46,896 bases of DNA from Candidatus Bathyarchaeia archaeon. Its GTDB lineage: Archaea; Thermoproteota; Bathyarchaeia; Bathyarchaeales; Bathycorpusculaceae. Positions 10,700 through 19,869 of the stretch are shown here, one piece after another. Below the pieces are notes generated by a model. The model was not told where the DNA came from. It ran no database searches and worked only from the letters and a program-made list of their open reading frames with translations. The position numbers and the translations under genes are program-made. Location of the stretch: the NCBI GenBank assembly GCA_050012755.1, contig JBEKGO010000019.1:1-46896 (forward strand). Reading direction: 5' to 3'. Every line of letters starts with the position of its first letter. Position 1 is the first letter of the stretch.

Positions 10700-11989
10700 A
10701 TGTTAGATATCAAGCTAATTCGTGAAAATCCCAATCTTGTCAAAAGCAATTTAGCGAAACGCGGTAACCCAGAATGCCTCCAAATGCTAGAGGATTTAAT
10801 CGCGGTTGACAAGGAATGGCGAATGAACCTAACTAAACTAAACGAACTACGTCACCAACGAAAGCAAGTAACCATAGAAATAGCTAAACTCAAAAAAGCC
10901 GACAAAGAAGCCGACCGCGAAGTCCACAGCGCACAGGACATTGACCTAAAAATAAAAGAAGCAGAAACGCAAGTAACCCAAGAGGAAGAAAAAACTCATG
11001 CTTACCTTATGCAGCTCCCAAACCTGCTTGACGACACTGTTCCGCCTGGAAAAGACTCAAACGATAATGTGCAGGTAAAAACATGGGGAACAATCCCAAC
11101 TTTCAAATTTCCAATAAAAAATCACATAGACTTAGCATTGGAACTGGATCAAATTGACATGGAAAGAGCAGGCAAAATCTCAGGTGCCAGATTCTTCTAC
11201 CTCAAAAACCAAGTTGCACAACTAGACATGGCGTTGATGAGCCTTGCCATCGAAGAGCTAACAAGAAAAGGTTACACCCCAATTATTCCGCCCTATTTGA
11301 TGACGCGGAAAGCTTACGAGGGAGTAACAGCCTTGGGTGACTTCGCTGATGTCCTCTACAAAGTGGAAAACGAAGACCTATACCTAATCGCAACTTCTGA
11401 GCATCCTATGGCTGCAATGTACATGGACGAAGTGTTAAAAGAGCAAGATATGCCACTGAAACTGGCTGGCATAAGCACATGCTTTAGAAAAGAAGCAGGT
11501 GCTCACGGCAAAGATACGAGAGGAATATTTCGCACACATCAATTTAATAAAATAGAACAATTCATCTTTTGTAAGCCTGAAGAATCAGCCAAGTTGCATG
11601 AGGAACTGCTGCAGAATGCGGAAGAGTTTCTTCAAAAACTTGAATTGCCATATCGGGTCGTCAACGTTTGCACAGGCGACATAGGAACTGTAGCAGCCAA
11701 AAAGTATGATATTGAGGCTTGGATGCCAGCACAAAATGGTTACCGCGAAGTGGTGTCTTGCAGTAACTGCACAGATTATCAAGGAAGACGGTTAGGCATT
11801 CGTTACAGGGAAAAAGAAGGTGCACCGACAAAAGGATTTGTCTACACCTTAAACTCTACAGCCGTAGCGACCGGCAGAACCATAGTTGCCTTATTAGAGA
11901 ATAATCAGCAAGAAGATGGCTCAATAAACATCCCTGAAGCTCTAAGGAAATATATGGGCAATACAGATAAAATTGAAAGAAAACGCTAA
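10700..11989 (+). CDS. serS: Serine--tRNA ligase
   Basis: MLDIKLIRENP, ATSEHP, FRKEAG..GKDTRGIFRTHQF, EVVSCSNCTDYQ, TLNSTA; ATG 10700 follows GAGGG. Confidence 0.97.
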   Translation: MLDIKLIRENPNLVKSNLAKRGNPECLQMLEDLIAVDKEWRMNLTKLNELRHQRKQVTIEIAKLKKADKEADREVHSAQDIDLKIKEAETQVTQEEEKTHAYLMQLPNLLDDTVPPGKDSNDNVQVKTWGTIPTFKFPIKNHIDLALELDQIDMERAGKISGARFFYLKNQVAQLDMALMSLAIEELTRKGYTPIIPPYLMTRKAYEGVTALGDFADVLYKVENEDLYLIATSEHPMAAMYMDEVLKEQDMPLKLAGISTCFRKEAGAHGKDTRGIFRTHQFNKIEQFIFCKPEESAKLHEELLQNAEEFLQKLELPYRVVNVCTGDIGTVAAKKYDIEAWMPAQNGYREVVSCSNCTDYQGRRLGIRYREKEGAPTKGFVYTLNSTAVATGRTIVALLENNQQEDGSINIPEALRKYMGNTDKIERKR

Positions 11990-12039
11990 ACCTTTTAATA
12001 TTTCTATGAGTATGTTGATGCGCGTTTGGAGAAATTAAT

Positions 12040-12669
12040 TTGTCTTCAAAAACTAAACATATACGAGATAAATGGCGTGGAAAAGGATGGTACATGGTTG
12101 TTGCACCATCCTTCTTTGGCAACATTGAGTTAGGCGCCATTCCAGCTCAAGAACCAGAGCAACTCATCGGTAGAGTTGTGGAAGCAACTTTGTTTGATAT
12201 TACAGCTGACTTTTCGCATCATTTTTTGAAAATGTTTTTCCAAGTTAACGAGATTGACCAAAAAACCGCAAAGACCCTGTTTAAAGGGCATGAATATTCA
12301 AGGGATTATCTTCGAAGCCTAGTGAGAAGAAGAACAACCAAAGTCGATTCATTAATTAACTTAACCACAAAGGACGGATACAAACTCAGGATTGCAGTTT
12401 CTGCATTGACACTTTCTAGAATAAAGACTTCACAGGAAAAAGTAATTCGTAAAATAATGGATGCGACAATACATCAAAAAGCCGCGGCTTTATCGCTTGA
12501 CCAATTCGTTCAAGAAATGGTTCTTGGAAAAATCGCTTCAGATATCTACAATCAAGCCAAAGAAGTTGCTCCATTAAGACATGTTGGCATAAGAAAATCC
12601 AAGCTACTGGCAGCGCCCCCACCACAACCGCAAGCAGCACCCAAAGAAGAAGCACCAGTTCAAGCATAA
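12040..12669 (+). CDS. rps3ae: 30S ribosomal protein S3Ae (eS1)
   Basis: RDKWRGKGWY..AP, RDYLRSLVRRR, TKDGY, IRKSKLL; TTG start. Confidence 0.96.
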   Translation: MSSKTKHIRDKWRGKGWYMVVAPSFFGNIELGAIPAQEPEQLIGRVVEATLFDITADFSHHFLKMFFQVNEIDQKTAKTLFKGHEYSRDYLRSLVRRRTTKVDSLINLTTKDGYKLRIAVSALTLSRIKTSQEKVIRKIMDATIHQKAAALSLDQFVQEMVLGKIASDIYNQAKEVAPLRHVGIRKSKLLAAPPPQPQAAPKEEAPVQA

Positions 12670-12764
12670 CCAAACCTTTTTGTTTCATTTCTTTTTTAGC
12701 GCAAAATACTTTAAACCATAGTCTAAACTACAATTCTTCAAGTTAACAGTAGGAAGAATCATAC

Positions 12765-13223
12765 TTGTCTGGAAATGCGGGAGTTCACGAAAAAGGGACT
12801 TTTTCGGCTCAAGATACTATAAATAATATTAAAAAAGATCCCAATTACCATAAAGCTGGTGCCATAGGACTTTTTATCGGAGTGGTAAGAGGCGAGACTC
12901 TCAAGGGAGAAAAAGTCGAAAAACTAGAACTTGAAGCTTACGAAGAAAAAGCAAGCCAAGTTCTCACCAAAATCTGCGGTGATTTAACACAGAAACCTGG
13001 AATAGTTAACGTTCAAATCCACCATTTACTCGGCGAGTTTAATGTCGGAGACGATTTGGTTTATGTTGCGGTTGCTGGGTCCCACCGTACAGATATTTTT
13101 CCAGTCCTAAGAGAAGCAGTAGAGAGATACAAAAACGAAGCACCAATGTTCAAAAAAGAACAAATAGTTAACGCAAAAGGGGCTTCCTCGCAATATTGGG
13201 TTTCTGAAAAACACAAACATTAA
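12765..13223 (+). CDS. moaE: Molybdopterin synthase catalytic subunit MoaE
   Basis: GAIGLFIGVVR, LELEAY, HRTDIF, KNEAPMFKKE. Confidence 0.92.
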   Translation: MSGNAGVHEKGTFSAQDTINNIKKDPNYHKAGAIGLFIGVVRGETLKGEKVEKLELEAYEEKASQVLTKICGDLTQKPGIVNVQIHHLLGEFNVGDDLVYVAVAGSHRTDIFPVLREAVERYKNEAPMFKKEQIVNAKGASSQYWVSEKHKH

Positions 13224-13250
13224 ACCTCTAAATACCCAGATGTGAAGGCT

Positions 13251-14171
13251 ATGATTACGGCTTTAGGAGGCGGCGTTGGCGCAGCAAGATTTCTAACGGG
13301 CCTTTTGAAGATTGTTAAAGAAGATGATGTTTCAGTAATTGTGAATACTGGCGATGACATTGAAATGTTCGGCTTGCATATTTCGCCAGATATCGATATT
13401 GTCGCCTACACTTTAGCCGGCATTGTAGACGAAGAAAAAGGTTGGGGAATAAAGGGTGACACTTTTCAAGCCTTGGAAATGCTGAAAAAGCTTGGCTTAG
13501 AAACATGGTTTGCATTAGGAGATAAAGATTTTGCGACACATATTTTTCGAACTGATTTGATAAAAAAGGGCTTTACGCTTTCTCAAGCAACCGACGAAAT
13601 CTGCCATGCCTTAGGGCTTAAAGTTAAGCTTTTACCGATGACCAATGACAAATTTGAAACAAGGATAAAGATTAAGGAAGAATCGGTTCATTTTGAGGAG
13701 TACTTTGTTAAAAGAAGATCAAGCGAAGAGGTTTTGGGCGTTGAGTTTGTCGGCGCCGAGTCAGCAAAACCCACGCCCAAAGTGATAGATGCAATTTTGA
13801 ATTCAGATTTGATTATTATTTGCCCTAGCAATCCGATAGTCAGCATTGGCACTATATTATCGATTAATGGAATAAGGGACGCGTTGAGAAAGACGAAAGC
13901 AAAAATCGTTGGGATTAGCCCTATTGTTGCGGGTGCTCCGATTAAAGGCCCTGCAGATAAAATATTACGCGGTTTAGGTTTTGAGGTTTCAACTTTTGGT
14001 GTTGCTAAGCTATACAGTGATTTTCTAGATACGTTTGTCATCGATAATTTGGATGCTGCCGAGAAGAGTCGAATTGAGAATTTTGGCATTCGAGTGAAAA
14101 TGACAAACACTATTATGAAGACGTTAGAAGATAAAGTGCAATTGGCTAAAGTTGTTTTAGAAAAACCATAA
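13251..14171 (+). CDS. cofD: 2-phospho-L-lactate transferase (F420 biosynthesis)
   Basis: LGGGVGAARF, VNTGDD, SPDID, WFALGDKD, PSNPIVSI, IKGPADK. Confidence 0.95.
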   Translation: MITALGGGVGAARFLTGLLKIVKEDDVSVIVNTGDDIEMFGLHISPDIDIVAYTLAGIVDEEKGWGIKGDTFQALEMLKKLGLETWFALGDKDFATHIFRTDLIKKGFTLSQATDEICHALGLKVKLLPMTNDKFETRIKIKEESVHFEEYFVKRRSSEEVLGVEFVGAESAKPTPKVIDAILNSDLIIICPSNPIVSIGTILSINGIRDALRKTKAKIVGISPIVAGAPIKGPADKILRGLGFEVSTFGVAKLYSDFLDTFVIDNLDAAEKSRIENFGIRVKMTNTIMKTLEDKVQLAKVVLEKP

Positions 14172-14259
14172 ACTGGAAATATATAGACTAAATAAGAGAC
14201 TATATACTATTTGGATACGTTAAATAAGCCGGAAAAGAGCCTTTTTATTCAAGAGCGCC

Positions 14260-14370
14260 ATGCAAAAGAAAAAAATGAAAAACAGTACCGAGAAATTGAA
14301 GTTCCATGGTACTTCAACCACATCTGATGCATGGATCAGCATGTTGGATTTAGCGAGGGGAAAATTATGA
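14260..14370 (+). CDS. Putative 36-aa microprotein MQKKKMKNSTEKLKFHGTSTTSDAWISMLDLARGKL
   Basis: Read manually; its stop overlaps the next ATG (ATGA). Confidence 0.35.
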   Translation: MQKKKMKNSTEKLKFHGTSTTSDAWISMLDLARGKL

Positions 14371-14459
14371 AGGGAAAAAATAATGAAAAAACCAAAGCAG
14401 AGACTAAAAAGGCCGATTTGTTGGATTGGCTTTTAGCAATTGATGCATCAATGCCATGA
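14367..14459 (+). CDS. Putative 30-aa microprotein MKGKNNEKTKAETKKADLLDWLLAIDASMP
   Basis: GAGGGG SD 6 nt upstream; ATGA coupling to the previous micro-ORF. Confidence 0.4.
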   Translation: MKGKNNEKTKAETKKADLLDWLLAIDASMP

Positions 14460-14563
14460 TATACTCAAAAACAATTGCGTGGAGGAAAAGATTTCTGTGT
14501 GCGGAATAGGCGTTACTACATATTTAGAAGAAGGGTTATATTTCAAACCCATTAAATAATTAC

Positions 14564-15244
14564 GTGGTGACAATAGTGGAAAGAAAAAGCTACGATTGGT
14601 TTGAGCAACGACGCAAAACAAGAGGATTAGAGCTTGCTCATGACCAAATAACCAAAGCTTTTGATACTGTAACTTGGCTACATAAAGCAACCAAAAGCTT
14701 TTCTGAAAAGAACTTCAAAGAAGCCCAAAAATACATTGATAACTTGTATAAAACAGAAGAAGGCGTTGACGCACTTCGAACTGATGTCTTTATGGAGTTA
14801 TCCAAGGGTGCAGCTCTCGTGGCAGACTACCGTGAAGATCTCTTACACCTTGTTAAACGGTTAGATACGTTAGCAGACCACAGTAAAGATGCTGCAAGAT
14901 GTCTTGAAATGCTCTCGGGAGCGGATATCCCACAGGAGCTAACCGACAGAACGGTTGTCATGACTGGAAAACTTGTCGATACCGCTCAAACCTTAAGAAG
15001 CAGCATAGAAAAAATTTCATCTGACCCTAACGAAGCCATAAAAGAAGCAAAACAAGTCGGCGACATCGAACACGCTATAGACATCGAATATCTAAAAACC
15101 AAAAGCTTATTCGTAAAATATGGCGCAAACATAAACTGCGGAGCCATGGTAATATTCGATGATTTAATAGAATTCATCGAGCAAGCAGCAGACATGTGCG
15201 CGGACACAGCAGACTACATCTTAATACTCTCAAGCAGAGAATAA
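14564..15244 (+). CDS. DUF47 / PhoU-like phosphate transport regulator
   Basis: Two helical repeats E..VDALR...REDLLHLVKRLDTLAD and EHAID...IEQAADMCADTAD. Confidence 0.85.
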   Translation: MVTIVERKSYDWFEQRRKTRGLELAHDQITKAFDTVTWLHKATKSFSEKNFKEAQKYIDNLYKTEEGVDALRTDVFMELSKGAALVADYREDLLHLVKRLDTLADHSKDAARCLEMLSGADIPQELTDRTVVMTGKLVDTAQTLRSSIEKISSDPNEAIKEAKQVGDIEHAIDIEYLKTKSLFVKYGANINCGAMVIFDDLIEFIEQAADMCADTADYILILSSRE

Positions 15245-15289
15245 GAAACTCATTTCTTTAATTCAACCCAAGAATTTTGGGAAAATTAG

Positions 15290-15368
15290 TGGCGGGCCCG
15301 CTGGGATTTGAACCCAGGACCTCCAGCTCCGCAGGCTGGTGTCATAATCCGTACTAGACGACGAGCCC
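15290..15368 (-). tRNA. tRNA-Arg(GCG), CCA encoded
   Basis: Reverse complement GGGCTCG...CCAGC-CTGCGGA-GCTGG...GGTTCAAATCC...CGGGCCCGCCA folds as a cloverleaf. Confidence 0.95.
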
Positions 15369-15484
15369 CTACAGATTTACCCAGAAACAAAAAAGGGCAG
15401 AATAGTAAATACTTTGCTTAAACTTAAAAATAGTGGTACAAGCTTTCCTTTAAAAGTCCCGTCTTAATCTAAAACGCTGAATTG

Positions 15485-17086
15485 CTAACTCTTGTTTACA
15501 ACCCTCTTCAAAGCTGCGATGACGTTCCGTTTACCCATCGCAAGCACATATGGACCTAAACGTGGACCCTGCGGCGCCCCCATCAAAATCCTATAGAGCG
15601 TTTTGAAGAAACCATTGGGCGCGATGCCGTTGTCTTTTGCAGAATTGAAGATGGCGTTTTGGATTCTATCAGGTTCATCTTCAGTTTCCAATTGCGTGAT
15701 TAGCTCGGTTACCGCCTTTTTCTCCTCGTTTGAAAGAGTCACGTCTGTTTCCTTAATTTCCTCAAAGTCTCTAGTCCAGTCTAGAGCGTATTCGACACGC
15801 TGTTTCAAATTTGCATCCGATGCTTGTCCCTTTTGGAGGTAACCGTAGCTTTGCAGTTTCTCAGCAACGTAATCTTCTAGGCATTCTTTCGGCGCCATTT
15901 TGACTAGAAACGCCATCAAATTATAGGGCACATGGATGCTGAGTTTAGTTGGCAGCTTCAAAACATAGCAGTACTCAAATAAACCCCGAAGTTTAGAAGC
16001 TTCTTTTTCGGCAGCTTGTTTCTTGCCAAAGTAAACATCTTCAAGGTAGTCAAGCTCATTCATGTAAGCAGGAATGTCTGATACGTCAACTGTTCGAGTT
16101 CCCACAAATCTTTTGAGCATAAGCAAAAGCAGCGATTGTGGAGAACCATATTGGAACCAAACTTGTGGTGTAAAAACGTTGCCTGTGGATTTAGAAATTT
16201 TCTTTCCGCCTTTATCAAGGAACATTTCGTATTTAGCGTGTGAGGGGGGTTCAAAACAAAGGACTTCGCGGCAAATTCGGTCGTTGATTCGAACGGAATC
16301 AGCTATGTCTTTGCCGTAAGCTTCAAACCTAATGTCTAACGCTTTCCAGCGGGCTGCAAATTCGCTTTTCCAAGTGAGTTTGCCTTCGCCGCTTTTTATG
16401 TCCACTTCGCCTTCACACCCGCAACCTGGAATCAGTTTGCCTCGGATTTCAAGCCCTTCACATTTATATGAGACTTTGTCGGTTTTTGGATCAAACTTGT
16501 AAGCTCTGGTCGTGTAGAGGTGGCCACATTTCTCGCATACTGCAAAAAACGGCAAAACCTCGGTATATGTTTCTTGACCCACCTCTTCCTTCACGATTTC
16601 GCCGACTTTCTTGGCATTTGTAAGAATGGTTCGAATCTCATTCAGAAGCAAGCCTTGTTCGTAGACTTCTTTTGCTGAATAGTACGTGTATTCTATGCCG
16701 CACTTATCCAAGGCATCCAGGAGCAGTGAACTCATATGTTTGCCGTAGCTTTCATGGCATCCAAAGGGGTCAGGTATGGAAGAAACGGAGTAGCCAAGGT
16801 ATTTTTCCAAATCCTTAGATAAACCTGCAGGAACCTTGCGTAAGCCATCTTTATCGTCGCAGAAGGCAACAAGTTCAGAATTACAATTCAGGTTCTTCAA
16901 TGCCAATGTTACCGTGTAGCTACGGGACGCATCACCTAAGCTGCCAATGTGGGGAAAACCTGAAGCGCCAAGACCCATCTCTGTTCGCAGTTTACTCATG
17001 TCTCTGTTTAGCGATTGCTCTCTTTCGATTACTTTTTTCGCCATCATGTCATACCATGTGCCGCGTCCAATAGTTTCTTCACTCAT
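15485..17086 (-). CDS. lysS: Lysine--tRNA ligase, class I
   Basis: GASGFPHIGS (HIGH-like), DDKDGLRKVP, RFEAYGKD, KISKSTGN (KMSKS-like), QGPRLG. Confidence 0.96.
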   Translation of the reverse strand: MSEETIGRGTWYDMMAKKVIEREQSLNRDMSKLRTEMGLGASGFPHIGSLGDASRSYTVTLALKNLNCNSELVAFCDDKDGLRKVPAGLSKDLEKYLGYSVSSIPDPFGCHESYGKHMSSLLLDALDKCGIEYTYYSAKEVYEQGLLLNEIRTILTNAKKVGEIVKEEVGQETYTEVLPFFAVCEKCGHLYTTRAYKFDPKTDKVSYKCEGLEIRGKLIPGCGCEGEVDIKSGEGKLTWKSEFAARWKALDIRFEAYGKDIADSVRINDRICREVLCFEPPSHAKYEMFLDKGGKKISKSTGNVFTPQVWFQYGSPQSLLLLMLKRFVGTRTVDVSDIPAYMNELDYLEDVYFGKKQAAEKEASKLRGLFEYCYVLKLPTKLSIHVPYNLMAFLVKMAPKECLEDYVAEKLQSYGYLQKGQASDANLKQRVEYALDWTRDFEEIKETDVTLSNEEKKAVTELITQLETEDEPDRIQNAIFNSAKDNGIAPNGFFKTLYRILMGAPQGPRLGPYVLAMGKRNVIAALKRVVNKS

Positions 17087-17162
17087 AACGTTGAGCCTTC
17101 AGAAACATGACTGTGCATTGGAATAGAAAAATGTTTAGAGCCAAAAAAAAGGGCTCAAAGGG

Positions 17163-17507
17163 TTATTTCTTTCGTCGCATGGATGAAACGATAGCTATGA
17201 GGCCGAGCGCAAGCAACAGCAAAGCTACCGAATAAATCCAGCTGTAGCCAAACAGGAACCATGCAGCACCTAAAGCCATGAGAAGCACGCCCATTTGAAC
17301 TGTGCTGTATGGCGAGCGCTCGTATTTTTGAGGGCCCGCGACTCTAATGCCTGCAAGAACCAACATCCACACTCCGAACAGAACGAGGATTAACTGTAGA
17401 ATGTTCCACCAGTTATGAGTTACATTGGCAGGGTAGAGCAATATGGCAACGACTACGATTATTAGAAAAACGCCAATGGTTAGCAGTTGACGTCTGCTTT
17501 CAGACAT
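17163..17507 (-). CDS. Small 4-TM membrane protein, unknown function
   Basis: Four hydrophobic segments, basic C-terminus; 12 bp after the SPFH gene. Confidence 0.75.
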   Translation of the reverse strand: MSESRRQLLTIGVFLIIVVVAILLYPANVTHNWWNILQLILVLFGVWMLVLAGIRVAGPQKYERSPYSTVQMGVLLMALGAAWFLFGYSWIYSVALLLLALGLIAIVSSMRRKK

Positions 17508-17519
17508 TGCCAGGCCAGC

Positions 17520-18506
17520 TTACGATATTGTTGCTCCGCATTCGGGGCAGAACTTTGAGCCGGCAGGTATTGAGTGTCCGCACTTAGGGCAGTTTATTGT
17601 TGCTTGTGATGGTGGCGTAAGGTTGGTTCCGCATTCAGGACAGAACTTTGAGGTTGCTGGAACATGTGCACCGCATTTGGGGCAAATTACGAGGGCTGCT
17701 GTGGGGGCTTGAGCCTGAACTTGACCTGCTGAATTCATTATTTGAGGTATTAGCACCATTCCTGTACCTAAGCCTGCGCCGCCGCCTCCCCCTGATGCAC
17801 CAAGAGACGCTGCTGCGCTCTTCACCGTTTCCATGCGCAAGACTGTGTCTGCTGGTGTGCTGCCAGTTTTGAGCCAGAATAGCCGTTCACGGTATTCAGG
17901 TGTAGTGTCGATGCCTTCAAAACGCAAGTCGGTTAATTCGATGCCTAAGCGTTTGAAATAGTCTAAGACCGAGTTTTTAACAATTATTGACGTTTCTTGG
18001 AGTCTTGTGAAGACTGTAATTAGATCGTAGTGGGAGAGTTCTGAGATTATCTTTTCATTTAGAAAACCTCTCAGGAAGTTGTTGACATCATCTGTTGTGA
18101 AAGCGTTTTGTCCACCTACAACTTCGTTAACGAATAGAGTAGCATCTTCAATTTTGAATAAGAATTGCCCGAATACTTTGAGTGGAGCCAATTCAGTAGT
18201 TTGTGCGCTTGTGCCCCATTTGCCGTTGAAAACTTTGGTGCTAATGTAGAGGACCATAGCCTTAAACGGTTTATTGCCGCCAAACCCTGCAATGCGAGTT
18301 AGCAAACTAGTAAGCAGAGGTAGATTCAGTGTTGTTAGCGTGTGTCTGCCAGCGCCGAAAACGTCATAGGCTTTGCCATCCCTGAAGAACACTGCCATTT
18401 CGTATTCATGCACGATTAGTTGTGCACCCCAGGTGATGTCTTCGACTGGGTACTTGTAGATAATAGCATCTGGGCTTGCATTTGTCCATTCTATTACTTG
18501 TGGCAT
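17520..18506 (-). CDS. SPFH (band 7) domain protein with C-terminal double zinc ribbon (YdjI-like)
   Basis: QLIVHEYEMAVFFRDGK...GRHTLTTLNLP, KWGT, GAGLGTGM, 4x CP(K/E)CG. Confidence 0.9.
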   Translation of the reverse strand: MPQVIEWTNASPDAIIYKYPVEDITWGAQLIVHEYEMAVFFRDGKAYDVFGAGRHTLTTLNLPLLTSLLTRIAGFGGNKPFKAMVLYISTKVFNGKWGTSAQTTELAPLKVFGQFLFKIEDATLFVNEVVGGQNAFTTDDVNNFLRGFLNEKIISELSHYDLITVFTRLQETSIIVKNSVLDYFKRLGIELTDLRFEGIDTTPEYRERLFWLKTGSTPADTVLRMETVKSAAASLGASGGGGGAGLGTGMVLIPQIMNSAGQVQAQAPTAALVICPKCGAHVPATSKFCPECGTNLTPPSQATINCPKCGHSIPAGSKFCPECGATIS

Positions 18507-18507
18507 T

Positions 18508-19044
18508 TTAACTCGCTCCCATGATTACTTCATTACGTTGATCAAACGTGTTTTCTAAACTTTCAAGCTTGTCAATTACATTTTGGACCCGGGTTTTTAG
18601 GTTCGCAGTTGCGCCGCTGGCTAAATCTGCTTTAAAAGCATCAATTTCTGTAGCCAAGGCGGTTACGCCGTCCAGAAGCTTATTATCGAAATCTATCATG
18701 CGGTCAAGACTATCCTCTCTGACTTTTACAGCGTCGAAAAAACCGCTGTACCCATAAGAGGCATGATTCACTTTCTCCACAACACGGTCCATCTTAGCTA
18801 ACAGTCGATCCATATCTGTTAAGACATCGAAGTAGCGGCGATCAGCTAGCTTCTGCTCGATTTCCCTCAAATCATTCTTTTCAATTGACAGTTTCAGGTA
18901 CAGATGATTTCTGATTAGCCTGTCGCTTTCGCGGCGTATTTCCTTTTCTTTGTAGCCGTGGAAACCTGGAACAAACGCGGCTATGCGCTCGGAAAGGCGC
19001 ATTTGACCTTGAACATTTGAAGTTACATCGTTCTTATCGCTCAT
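18508..19044 (-). CDS. All-helical hypothetical protein
   Basis: PGFHGYKEKEIRRESD and ASYGYSGFFDAVKV motifs, coiled-coil character; 1 bp gap to the SPFH gene. Confidence 0.8.
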   Translation of the reverse strand: MSDKNDVTSNVQGQMRLSERIAAFVPGFHGYKEKEIRRESDRLIRNHLYLKLSIEKNDLREIEQKLADRRYFDVLTDMDRLLAKMDRVVEKVNHASYGYSGFFDAVKVREDSLDRMIDFDNKLLDGVTALATEIDAFKADLASGATANLKTRVQNVIDKLESLENTFDQRNEVIMGAS

Positions 19045-19120
19045 TTTTTCATATCCGCCTTATTTTATTATTCGTTGATAATAAAAGGTCACTTTTAAAG
19101 TTTGTTAAGCTAAATGAAGC

Positions 19121-19867
19121 TTAGAATCGTGAAGATGGAATATCGCCTTTGAGGGCTGTTCCACCTGTCCCTTCAATTATCAACTGGTACACTTTACCCT
19201 TGTATTCGTATTTTACAAACCAAATGGGCGCATGCAAATAGACAATTTGTTTGGACGTTACTTCGGTTTGTATCTCAACTATTTTATCTACGTCCTGCTG
19301 AAGAAGGAAACGATGATGATCCTCGATTTGTTGCTTGGCAATTTCCAAAGCAGCATCACGATCAATTTCACTATTGAGGAGTTTCGCGAAGCCTTCGATT
19401 TTGCGAAAATCAAACGGAATCTTTCCTTCTAGCGGCACTTCGTATTCATGCGTGGGAAATTCTGAAGCTTCACGTGCCAAAACTAGCCAATCGTACTCTT
19501 TAGAGATTGTGCCCTCTTTAACTATGGCTGGAGCTATGCGTTCGAATATTCCCTTGTAAGTGCTCTTAGCTTCAACTGAGACCAGCCAAAACGGCAAATA
19601 AACCAATTCTTTTGAAGAAAGTTTTGATTTCTTGGCAAGATCGCCTGGTTTTAAAAAACCACCACTCATCCAATCCTGAATTGGCTCATCTATACTTTTT
19701 GGGTCAAACCTGTTTAGAATAAGTGAGTGTTCAAAAGTGAAAGCTTGCCCAGTCTCAATAACAGTGGTAAATCCACAATATTTGCAGGTAGCAACGATTT
19801 CTCCTGGTTTAAACTCAACAGGGGCACCGCAATGACTGCATTTGATTTCTTGGGCTACAGCATCCAT
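19121..19867 (-). CDS. Zinc-ribbon protein (YdjG-like)
   Basis: CSHCGAP...CKYCG, YLPFW, YLHAPIWFVKYEYKGK..GTGG. Confidence 0.75.
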   Translation of the reverse strand: MDAVAQEIKCSHCGAPVEFKPGEIVATCKYCGFTTVIETGQAFTFEHSLILNRFDPKSIDEPIQDWMSGGFLKPGDLAKKSKLSSKELVYLPFWLVSVEAKSTYKGIFERIAPAIVKEGTISKEYDWLVLAREASEFPTHEYEVPLEGKIPFDFRKIEGFAKLLNSEIDRDAALEIAKQQIEDHHRFLLQQDVDKIVEIQTEVTSKQIVYLHAPIWFVKYEYKGKVYQLIIEGTGGTALKGDIPSSRF

Positions 19868-19869
19868 TT

